Assembly (NCBI RefSeq): GCF_006345805.1
Contig: NW_021824050.1
Location: 1 to 21,385, forward strand
DNA length: 21,385 bases
Source: Octopus sinensis
Lineage: Eukaryota
Direction of reading: 5' to 3'
How positions within the stretch are numbered: the first letter of the stretch is position 1; each line of letters opens with the position of its first letter. Shown piece by piece: positions 1 through 9,225 of the stretch. The translations under genes and the position numbers were made by a program. The notes below the pieces were generated by a model. It did not search any database and was not told the origin of the DNA. It saw only the letters and a program-made list of their open reading frames with translations.

Positions 1-386
1 TCATTTGACTGCGGCCATGCTGGAGCACCGCCTTTAGTCGAGCAAATCCACCCCGGGACTTATTATTTGTTAAGCCCAGTACTTATTCTATCTGGTCTCT
101 TTTGCCGAACCGCTAAGTGATGGGGACGTAAACACACCAGCATCGGTTGTCAAGTAATGCTAGGGGGACAAACACTGACACACAGACACATACACACACA
201 TACATACATATATATACATATATACGACAGGCTTCTTTCAGTTTCCGTCTACAAAATCCACTCACAAGGCATTGGTCGGCCCGGGGCTATAGCAGAAGAC
301 ACTCGCCCAAGATGCCACGCAGTGGGACTGAACCCGGAACCATGTGTTGGTTAGCAAGCTACTTACCACATAGCCACTCCTGCGCC
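1..386 (-). mobile_element. tRNA-derived SINE, type A (3' end runs off the window start; internal CA/TA microsatellite)
   Basis: The reverse complement starts GGCGCAGGAGTGGCTATGTGGTAAG...GGTTCAGTCCC, with A-box-like and B-box-like motifs. It is collinear with the copies at 7068-7417 and 11095-11587, including the 3' part GGCGGTGCTCCAGCATGGCCGCAGTCAAATGA. Confidence 0.92.
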
Positions 387-560
387 TATACATATACACA
401 AATACAATGGGGGAGAGTTAGATATGCTCAATGTAGAATGGACGTAGTATTGCTCTGCTCAAATGAATTTGAACTTATACTCCGAATTCTTCATCGAAAA
501 CTTAGTCCACGACAAGAGCAATCCTGGACGAGCATATATGGAGGCAGTAACGTGACAAAG

Positions 561-725
561 CATACATACATACTTACATACATACATACATACATGCATA
601 CATACATAAATACTACATCATACATACATACATACATACATATATAACACACATATATATATATATATATATTAATATATATTTATATATATAAATATAT
701 ATATATAAATATATATAATTATTAA
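561..725. repeat. (TACA)n/(TA)n compound microsatellite
   Basis: Seen directly. Confidence 0.9.
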
Positions 726-753
726 TTATTATTTTATTATTCTAGTTTATTTT

Positions 754-857
754 TAACCTGATGAGGGCTATATTTACATCGAAGTGATTTTACTAGTACT
801 GTTAATTTTTTTTGTATAATCATTTCTTAAATATAGCCACGAAACAAGTGTCGTTAT
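754..857 (+). ncRNA. Type I hammerhead ribozyme motif (minimal, Penelope-like-element style)
   Basis: Core CUGAUGA at 758-764. G765 pairs with C841. Stem II is GGCUAUAUUUA 766-776 with UAAAUAUAGCC 829-839 (11 perfect pairs), extended by 781-793 with 814-826. GAAA is at 842-845. Stem III is AC 845-846 with GU 851-852. The cleavage triplet is GUC 851-853. Stem I is UAAC 754-757 with GUUA 854-857. Confidence 0.75.
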
Positions 858-1032
858 TCTACCAATTATATACGCTTTTATTATTTTTTTGCAATTTACT
901 TAATCATCAGTATATTATTGTTATTTTAATTTTAATATTTTTATTATATGTAATTTTCTAGATGGTGTAATTTAATTGTTCATTTTGAATTGATAAAAGG
1001 TGTTTTTTCCTAATTTATATATATATAATTTA

Positions 1033-1398
1033 CGGGATTGAGTATCTGGGTAAGATGTTCGCTTTGCAACCATGTGTGGTTCCTTAGGTGTCTGCTACTC
1101 TAAGCTTGGGTCGACCAGAGCATTCTGAGTGGATTTGAGAGATGGAAACTGCGTAGAAGCCTGTATGTACATACATATATGCCTATATAGACATATGTCT
1201 TTGTATTTGTCCCCACCACCGATTGGCAATCGGTGTTGGTTTCTTTATGTCCCTTACTTAACGGTTCGATAAAAAAGACCGATTGAATAAGCCCCAGGCC
1301 TAAGAAAAATAATAATTCTGTTATGAATGTGTTCGACTAAAACCTTGACAGCGTTGCCCCAGCATTGCCGCAATCAAATGACTGGAAGAAGCAAGAGA
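1033..1398 (+). mobile_element. Diverged SINE type A copy
   Basis: Degenerate but collinear matches to type A: GGGTCGACCAGAGCATTCTGAGTGGATTTG...GGAAACTG, TTTGTCCCCACC, GACCGATTGAATAAG and CCAGCATTGCCGCAATCAAATGACTG. Confidence 0.75.
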
Positions 1399-2059
1399 TT
1401 TAATAACGTCTTTCTGTTGCATCAGCAAGCAAATGATATTCGCCATGTTGTTTTTATCTAGTTTCCGGTTTAAGAAGAATAAAGCAAAAAGAAAAATTAA
1501 ATCCATGCAAACAACAATGTTAATCACAGCAGTTCTATATTGTCATAGATGCAATCTTTGTTTCTACTATTGAAATCTCCCACTGATTTCTTTTACCTTG
1601 TTTTCTTATTTTTGTTATTTCGTCAACGAACGACAGAGAATTCTAGCTGTTTATGTCAGGAGCGATAATTCGCCATCTTGTTCTTATCTCGTTTTCAGCT
1701 CCATATTTCCATTTTTTTTTAAGGCGACCAAAACACAACAATACTGTTAAAATACAATGAGATTTTATTGGTCATTGTTACAATGTCCTCGTGTTTACCG
1801 TTGATGGCTGAAGCTGATCCAGTTGTTGTTTTTGTAAAAGTGACAGTTTAGAAAAAGAAAAAAAAAATGTCGGTCTTCATCTCATTGTCAACCGTCTCCA
1901 CGTATTGTCAAACTTATTCTTGTATTGTCAATTGGAGACAGCTTGTTCTTATCTAATTCCGGCTCAAACTTTAAAGCAGAGTTAACCGCTCCTGAACCGA
2001 GATTGTTTCAAAATCACTTAGAGCCTAATTGTCTTTAGCCGTGTCATCTGAGTATCTCG

Positions 2060-2150
2060 TTATTGTTGTTGTTGTTGTTGTTGGTAATGAAGGTGTTGGT
2101 GAGGTGGTGATGGTGGTGATGTTGATTTTTTGTTGTTGTTGTTGTTGACA
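2060..2150. repeat. (GTT)n/(GGT)n trinucleotide tract
   Basis: Seen directly. Confidence 0.8.
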
Positions 2151-2359
2151 ATGATGTCGGACAATACAGGACAGAGTCCAGTTTGGAAAGAAAGATGACC
2201 GCAATTCGCATTACATGATTCGTACCCCATCAATCAACTGTGTCCACCTTCTGCAAACACGCGCATGCGCACATAAAGCATCAAAGACAAGCAGGCTCTG
2301 TCTGTCTCTCTTTTTCTTTCTGTGTCTTATCCGCGCACATTCAGACACATGCTTAGTCA

Positions 2360-3210
2360 CACAAATACACATACACACATTAACACGCGTGTATAGACGT
2401 GCACACACACACACACACATACATGTATACATACACATACAAAGCACACACACACATAAACACAGACACAGATTCATAGTTCGCACACGCGTGCGCGCAC
2501 ACATCCGCACACACATCCACGCATGGATATATACATAGGCAAACACACATATAAAGATGCAAATTCGTACATCACATACATGTATATATACACTTACACA
2601 AATATGCATACACATATACATAGAAACACAAACACAGACTCTCAAATACACATATACACACGTATATGCGATTAATATTTATTGAAGGAAGAAGAGAGAT
2701 TCGAAACGGAAACACTATGGCTGATCAAGGGAGCATAGCATTCACAGACATCCTCGCATACACGCAAATACACACGCATACGCACACATATGCGCACATA
2801 CATACACATATGCACACACACACACACAAAATGAGAGATATATGAGACGCCAGTGTAGATTATGTGGCTGTACGACCTGCTAGTAATAGTAGTAATAGAA
2901 GCCAAATGACCTTCCGCATACTTTCTAGAAAAATAAAAAAAGAAGCATTACATAATGTAGCATTAAATACGACACAAAGCAGCGATGGCCTTGGTTAGAA
3001 CGTCTTCGACCAGAGATGCTGTCATATTGATATAGACACACATACGTACATGCACAGTTGTAGAGATACACAAATATAGATTCAAACATACATACACACA
3101 GACACACGCACGCACACACAAACACACACACGCACTCACACACACACACGCGCACACACACATACACATGCACGCGCACACATATGCACACGCACACATA
3201 CACACAGACA
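2360..3210. repeat. Degenerate (CA)n/(CATA)n low-complexity blocks interrupted by short unique stretches
   Basis: Seen directly. These blocks explain the His/Thr-rich and Val/Cys-rich ORFs here. Confidence 0.75.
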
Positions 3211-3596
3211 CTGCTTTGACAGAGCTAATGCTGCCGTTACTGGACCCCTTCTTGGCCCTCAATACTGTTCTTTCAGATATTCTCAATCAATGAGTATATC
3301 CCACCCCTTGTTCTTAGTCTCATTTATCTCTTCAGTTTCTCTTCTTACAAGAATCCCTCTAGATTATTGAATAAACATGCTACAACCTGTCCCATTCACA
3401 ACCTGTATGACTCCCCAATCCCAAATGTCGACATTCCGCTCTTAATACATCTCAAAAGATGAAAAGCATAACCTCTTCCCCAACACCTATTTTCTCTCGC
3501 TCCTCTCTCTCTCCCCTCTCTTTCTCCTCTCTCTATCCCCCCTCTCTCTCTCTGTCTATTTATCCATATCTCTCCCGCCCAATAAAAGACAACTAG

Positions 3597-4202
3597 TCTA
3601 TATATATAAAGCTGAAGTTGTCTGTGTGTATGTGACAGGTTTAGTAGCCTTCAACTAACACTATCTCCTCCGAGACCCTGCGACACAAATTGACCAAAAT
3701 TGAGAGTATGATAGAAAAAGGCTTGCTCTTCATTCCGTAGAAGAAAAAATTCAAATCGGACTATGTTAAGACCAAAAAACTATTTACATCGAAAAAGTGC
3801 TTTTTTTCTATGGAAATCCCTATTTTTACGATTTTTTGACTGCTGTGTCGCCCTTTTTCGGTGTATTTCAACCAGGAAAATGTTCACTTAAAGAGAATAA
3901 CAAGCTACATAATGTACAATTTTTACTTTTCAAAAATTCCAATTGTAAAGGGTCGAAAAAAAATTTTTGTGATGTTATTGGTTTTGAGCGAACGACGGAT
4001 CAGCTGATCCAATGCAGAGGAGTAATGTTCGCTGCGTCAATGCACTAATTTTCAAGGTCGTCAACTGCGACAGCGTTGAGTACAATTCAGCAATTTCAAT
4101 CGATTTTTTGTGAGAAAAACTAATTGCATTAGCGTATTACAGAACGAATGAACGAAGCGCAACTAAAAAATAAATCCGAGCAACGCCGGGCTATACTGCT
4201 AG
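3597..4202 (+). mobile_element. Non-autonomous Helitron (~606 bp)
   Basis: The 5' end is TCTATATATATAAAG followed by a short CTGT/GT tract. A 3' hairpin CCGAGCAACGCCGG lies at 4176-4189, about 9 nt before the terminal CTAG (4199-4202), which is followed by T. No TIRs and no target-site duplication, matching established Helitron termini. Confidence 0.8.
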
Positions 4203-4398
4203 TACACCTATAAAATCAGATCTGCTGAAAGCTTGCTCTGATAATGACATTCACTTCCGGGACATCGAGAAATTTAATGAAAGCTACATTTGTTCATCAG
4301 CAAAACACTTGACTGTTTCTGGTTTGTGAAACTCATTGCTAAGTTTCAAACAATTGGGTTCCATTCGTATATTGGAAATTTTCCGTCATATTGCTTCA

Positions 4399-4574
4399 TC
4401 AAAGCTCCACTGATAGACGGGTCGCTGATGGTAGATCAAAAACTATCAACTCTGTTGTAACTGTGTGTGAACCATTACGCGACTTTATGGATCGTTCATG
4501 GTTATGATGGCTTGCACACGCTTCGTCTTGCTCACTATCAACTGATTTGCGGTCATCTCCCAAAACGTCTGCTG
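4399..4574 (-). CDS. Possible terminal coding exon (unidentified protein C-terminus)
   Basis: The non-repetitive part of ORF 4399-4794 reads ADVLGDDRKSVDSEQDEACASHHNHERSIKSRNGSHTVTTELIVFDLPSATRLSVEL*. It is preceded by tandem CAG acceptors, but the pyrimidine tract is weak. No homology recognised. Confidence 0.2.
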
Positions 4575-4594
4575 CTGGTACCACGGACACAAAC

Positions 4595-5350
4595 ATCACC
4601 ACCACTAACACCACTGACGTCACAATCATTATCATCATCACTGCCACCGCCGCCACCACCACCAACACCACCACCACCACCACCACCTCCACCACCACCA
4701 CCACCACCACCACCAACACCAACACCAACACCAACACCACCACCACCACCACCACCACCACCACCACCACCGCTACCACCTTCCTCATCATCAAATCGCT
4801 ATTACCTCTAACACCACACCAACAAAATTACCATTAACAATAGCAACATCATTCTCATCACCGCAACCATAACCGGTCCCCGTCACTACTGCCACGACCA
4901 TCACGATCACCACAATCATGACAACAACGACCATAAGCATCATCATCACCACTATAGTCATTATCACCATAAACACCACTATCTCCACAATCGCTATCAC
5001 TACCATCTCCACATCATTAGGCCACCACCAATGCTAACAGATTTCACTAAATCCACCACCACCACCAACACAACCACCACCACTACCACCACCGCCACTA
5101 CAACCACCACCACCACCACCACCACCACCACCAATAACAACAATAACACAACCACCGCCACCACTGTTACCCCCACTAACGCCGCCCCCGCGCCACCACC
5201 AGCACCACCACCATCACCACCACTACCACCACCACCAACACAACCACCACCAACGCTACCACCACCAACACTACCACTACTATCACCACCACCATCAACA
5301 CAACCACCACCAACGCTACCACCACCACCACCACCACGACTACAACCACC

Positions 5351-5382
<32 letters not shown>

Positions 5383-5455
5383 CTACCACCACCACCACCA
5401 CCATCGTCACAAATATCACTATCGCTACCGTCATTATTACCATCACGACCATAAC
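4595..5455. repeat. Long compound (ACC)n/(AAC)n/(ATC)n trinucleotide low-complexity tract
   Basis: Seen directly. It is the source of the poly-Pro, poly-Thr, poly-Val and poly-Gly ORFs. Confidence 0.92.
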
Positions 5456-5974
5456 CCTATTGCCAATTCCCCAATTCCCTAATCCGCCCCCCCCACCTGT
5501 GCCGTTATCCTTACCCGATTATCCTCCAGCACAACTCACCACCCCCAGGGATTTACACACTTCCCGTTGAACAAACAGTCTTCATTCATTAATTTTGAGG
5601 ATTCTCAGCGATGTACTGAGGGGAGGTGGTGGCAGTAGGGAGGGAGAATAAAGGGGGGCGAGTTGAGGTACAAATGGGGATAGGAAGAGTAAGTAAGCAG
5701 AATATAAGAAAGAGGGAGGAAATAGGGCGTAAGGCATTTTCGTCAGATAAATTCGTTCGTTTTATTTATTAGGTAAAAACATTTTATTTACCAAATTTTA
5801 TTTGAATTAAGACGAAATATTTTTTTATCATAATGCTTAATTGATTTTGTAACTCCATTCTTCTACAACTTTTGATCGTTTTTAAAATTTGAATAATTTT
5901 TACCTGCTTTCTGATATATGACAACAATGTATCAATAAAAAAAAATCAAAACAAAACACCCCACATGCGTGCGT

Positions 5975-6127
5975 GCCTATGTGTATGGGTGTATGTGTGT
6001 CTGTGCATGTGTGTGTGTATTATGTGTGAAAGGGGGAGAGAGAGATACATGAATATATATATATATATAATATATATATATTAATATATATATATATATA
6101 TGTATATGCATATGCATATCTATATCT

Positions 6128-6158
<31 letters not shown>

Positions 6159-6167
6159 TATATATAT
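5975..6167. repeat. (GT)n, (GA)n, (TA)n and (TATATC)n microsatellite cluster
   Basis: Seen directly. Confidence 0.85.
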
Positions 6168-6735
6168 TCGTGTTACTGTTATTTCCTCGTCCTGTCTTTT
6201 ACTGTTTTTATTTGTATTGTTTTTAATGTCCTGTTTTTGTTACCATTTTTACCCCTCCGCAAAAAAATCTCAAATTTTATTTAATTTCCTTTTGCGGGAA
6301 GAATTGTTTTAGAAGTCGTGTCTCGCCTTTACTTTCGAAACGCGGAGTAGATGAAACAGAGGCGGCCTGAAGAAGGGGAATGTTCCTTGTGTTGTATGTC
6401 TTGTACTCTATTTTTTCGTTGTTTAAGAAAAATGTCCATTTCCTTGGTTTTGTTTTTATGTTTTCGTTTCTCATTGTGTTCGACGGTTTTTTGGTGTCCT
6501 GTACCCATATATGCATGTATATATACATGTAGCTGTAGGTACGTACATATATGTATGTATATATACATATGATTTATTTATTATTTTGTTATATATATAC
6601 ATATTCATACAGAAATTGATGTATGTATGTGTGTGTGTGTGTATTGCAAAAGTGCAAGAGTTGTTGTGGTTAATCTACAGAATACACACTCTGTCTCTGT
6701 CTGTCTGTCTATCTGTCTATCTATCTGTGGTTACG

Positions 6736-6809
6736 AGTGCAGCCCCGGAAGTGCTAGTTCATGCACTCTCGTATATATGCACTCCCATACACACATGCTT
6801 GCATGCATA
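6736..6809 (+). repeat. 74-bp local duplication, copy 1 (copy 2 at 8060-8133)
   Basis: AGTGCAGCCCC...GCTAGTTCATGCACTCTCG...CACTCCCATAC...ACATGCTTGCATGCATA; 67/74 identical by hand alignment. Confidence 0.85.
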
Positions 6810-7003
6810 TAAAACATGCATACATACATATATACATATATACGTATATATTCACTCAACTGGTCTTGCACAGAACAACTTCTACACATACATACCGGAC
6901 TTCCGTCTCCGTCTTGAGCAGCTATTGATTTTCTTCTCAGGAAATCTCGGTCCCTAATGACCTAAATTCTCAACCTTTTCATTTATACCCCACTTCACAC
7001 AAA

Positions 7004-7006
<3 letters not shown>

Positions 7007-7067
<61 letters not shown>
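7007..7067. repeat. (TA)n microsatellite abutting the SINE 5' end
   Basis: Seen directly. Confidence 0.95.
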
Positions 7068-7069
<2 letters not shown>

Positions 7070-7417
7070 CGCAGGAGTGGCTGTGTGGTAAGTGCTTGCT
7101 AACCAAACACATGGTTCCGGGTTCAGTCCCTCTGCGTGGCATCTTGGGCAAGTGTCTTCTGCTATAGCCCCGGGCCGACCAATGCCTTGTGAGTGGATTT
7201 GGTAGACGGAAACTGAAAGAAGCCTTTCGTATATATGTATATATATATATATATATATATGAGTGTGTGTGTGTTTGTCCCCCTAGCATTGCTTGACAAC
7301 CGATGGAATAAGTACTAGGCTTACAAAGAATAAGTCCCGGGGTCGATTTTCTCGACTAAAGGCGGTGCTCCAGCATAGCCGCAGTCAAATGACTGAAACA
7401 AGTAAAAGAGTAAAAGA
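7068..7417 (+). mobile_element. SINE type A, near full length, with a 51-nt internal deletion
   Basis: A-box-like TGGCTGTGTGG and B-box-like GGTTCAGTCCC, an internal (TA)n(GT)n, and a 3' end AAACAAGTAAAAGAGTAAAAGA. It lacks the segment between the two ACCGAT hexamers that is present at 7512-7568. Confidence 0.93.
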
Positions 7418-7479
7418 TTAAGAGAGTATATATATATATATACACACACACATATTTGTGTGTGTGTGTTTATGTTTCT

Positions 7480-7695
7480 GTATGTGTCTGTTCCCCCACC
7501 ATCGCTTGACAACCGATGTTGGTGTATTTACGTCCCTGTAACTTAACAGTTTGGCAAAAGAGACCGATAGAATAAGTATTAGGCTTACAAAGAACAAGTC
7601 CTAGGGGTCGATTTCTCCGATTAAAATATCGCTGTAAAGCGGTGCTTGAGCATGGTCGCAGTCAAATAATTAAAACAAGTAAAAAAGTCAAAAAA
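7480..7695 (+). mobile_element. SINE type A, 3' half
   Basis: GCTTGACAACCGATGTTGGTG...GAGACCGATAGAATAAGTA...GCGGTGCTTGAGCATGGTCGCAGTCAAAT, preceded by a CA/GT microsatellite. Confidence 0.88.
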
Positions 7696-7900
7696 ATACA
7701 TCTACACCTACACACTACTATTAATACATCCTCCTTTACAAACCCTTGCACTCACTCTTCCATTATAGTGTCGCTTGATATTCACACTCGTAATAACAAG
7801 TAAATATTATAACAAAATTTTCCAACACCTACTACTTTTCTCACCTCTCTTTCACCTACCTGTCCTTCCAGTATGACACACAAAACAACCTCATACACAC

Positions 7901-7959
7901 ACACACAGGTACACACATTCACAAAGACATCGCATACAAGTATACAATAGTTTCATATG
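7901..7959 (+). repeat. 59-bp local duplication, copy 1 (copy 2 at 8677-8735)
   Basis: ACACACAGGTA(C/T)ACACATTCACAAAGACATCGCATACAAGTATACAATAGTTTCATATG; 58/59 identical. Confidence 0.9.
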
Positions 7960-8180
7960 CACATACATACGCTAACACGAACTTACACAAATGTAAGTCA
8001 AACTTAGGCACCCCTAAGTAAACAACAAAAGAAGATACACATACACACACGCACATTCAAGTGCAGCCCCCGAACCGCTAGTTCATGCACTCTCGCATAC
8101 ATTCACTCCCATACCCACATGCTTGCATGCATACATACATACATGATGATGATGGCTGTTCCCTCGTTATCGAGTATGGC

Positions 8181-8307
8181 CATTGCACGAAGTTTAACTG
8201 TTATTGGTGCTGTGATCGAATGTGACTTTTATTTGCTTTTTAAGGCCTGCCATTCAGTTGACACTCACAGCACCATCAACACTCATGAACAATGTTATCG
8301 TGCAATG
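8181..8307. repeat. Bipartite inverted repeat (decayed MITE or RNA hairpin)
   Basis: CATTGCACGA 8181-8190 pairs with TCGTGCAATG 8298-8307. Nested inside, TGGTGCTGTGA 8205-8215 pairs with TCACAGCACCA 8265-8275. Confidence 0.6.
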
Positions 8308-8734
8308 CCTGTGCAAGAAGATTTTATTTTAAAGTGAGGAAAGGCTGTGCATTGAGTCAAACCCACTCACTAAGCAACAGCAGCCATAATCCGAAAAGAA
8401 GAACAAGTCAAAATCATCGGTAACCACTGAGCCGCAGGTTTTATGTCGCAGTTATCCCAGTTACCTGAGTTACCTTCTCCTTGAAGGATGCCCTAACAAA
8501 GGCGAGGAGTCCTTCACTCCCAATGGTTTAACTGCGCAATCGGGTATTCAGTTCGATTATTTCATACATACAATACATACATACATACATACATATACAT
8601 ACAACATGGTACGAGTTGGCACTGAGCTCTTCAAGAAGCACTCACTTCCTGAGGATCTCCTATACAGCCTCAAAGCACACACAGGTATACACATTCACAA
8701 AGACATCGCATACAAGTATACAATAGTTTCATAT

Positions 8735-8854
8735 GTTGTTTGGGACAGAAGGGCAAAGGTATGTACCGTCATAGAGGTCAGCTGCCCTGTAGGTGTAAAT
8801 ATCTCTCTGAAAATCAAAGAAAAAGAGGATATCTATGGACAACTGCTTCGAAGC
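8735..8854 (+). pseudogene. Fragment of the restriction-like endonuclease domain of a non-LTR retrotransposon (R4/Dong-like)
   Basis: Translates as VVWDRRAKVCTVIEVSCPVGVNISLKIKEKEDIYGQLLRS. This fits the (PD)IVVWD...I(E/D)VxCPxxxN...KxxEKxxxY pattern of PD-(D/E)xK endonucleases in R4/Dong-type ORFs. The clade is assigned from memory. Confidence 0.7.
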
Positions 8855-9009
8855 CACAATACGCAGATGCACATATGCACAAATACACAGACTCACTCTG
8901 GGGTAAAGGAAAAGCATAAAAACCTCTGACGTCATACGGTTACGAATGATCATGTGATTGCACTTAGAAAGTACCCTTGCGAGGCACGTGTCAAGGTACG
9001 GTTGTTTAT

Positions 9010-9225
9010 GAAAGACCAACAGTCGCCCATGCATTGCAGCCTCTTCTCTCCGTAACACCGATGTTATCCAAGAGAAAGGCAAAGGCCGATACAGCTTGGT
9101 ACCAGAGACGTCGCTACTCATTTCTGCAGCTGAGTGAACTGGAAATGCATGAATCGAACTGTCTGGAATCGAACCCATGATCTAGCGATCGGTAGTGTGA
9201 CACCTTTACCACTAGGCTACGCGCC
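9010..9225 (-). mobile_element. tRNA-derived SINE related to type B, with a different 3' tail and an internal deletion
   Basis: Minus-strand head GGCGCGTAGCCTAGTGGTAAAGGTG (A box 9209-9219) and B box GGTTCGATTCC (9165-9175). It shares CAGCTGAGTG(A/G)ACTGGA with the copy at 20652-20891. The left boundary is approximate. Confidence 0.75.

Noticed and set aside
4467-5570. Pro/Thr-rich extensin- or mucin-like ORFs (and the poly-Val/Gly ORFs on the minus strand)
   Set aside because: They are translations of the (ACC)n tract. Most frames on both strands are open, as expected for stop-free trinucleotide repeats.
6336-6373. Second hammerhead candidate (CGAAAC at 6336 and CUGAAGA at 6367)
   Set aside because: Stems I and II cannot be formed in any hammerhead topology.
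6896-6961. Possible 66-nt minus-strand exon (VIRDRDFLRRKSIAAQDGDGSP)
   Set aside because: The acceptor lacks a pyrimidine tract and the donor GTATGT is part of a microsatellite, so it is too weak without RNA data.
8927-8934. Perfect CRE palindrome TGACGTCA
   Set aside because: It is a single 8-mer among TE debris with no supporting promoter context.
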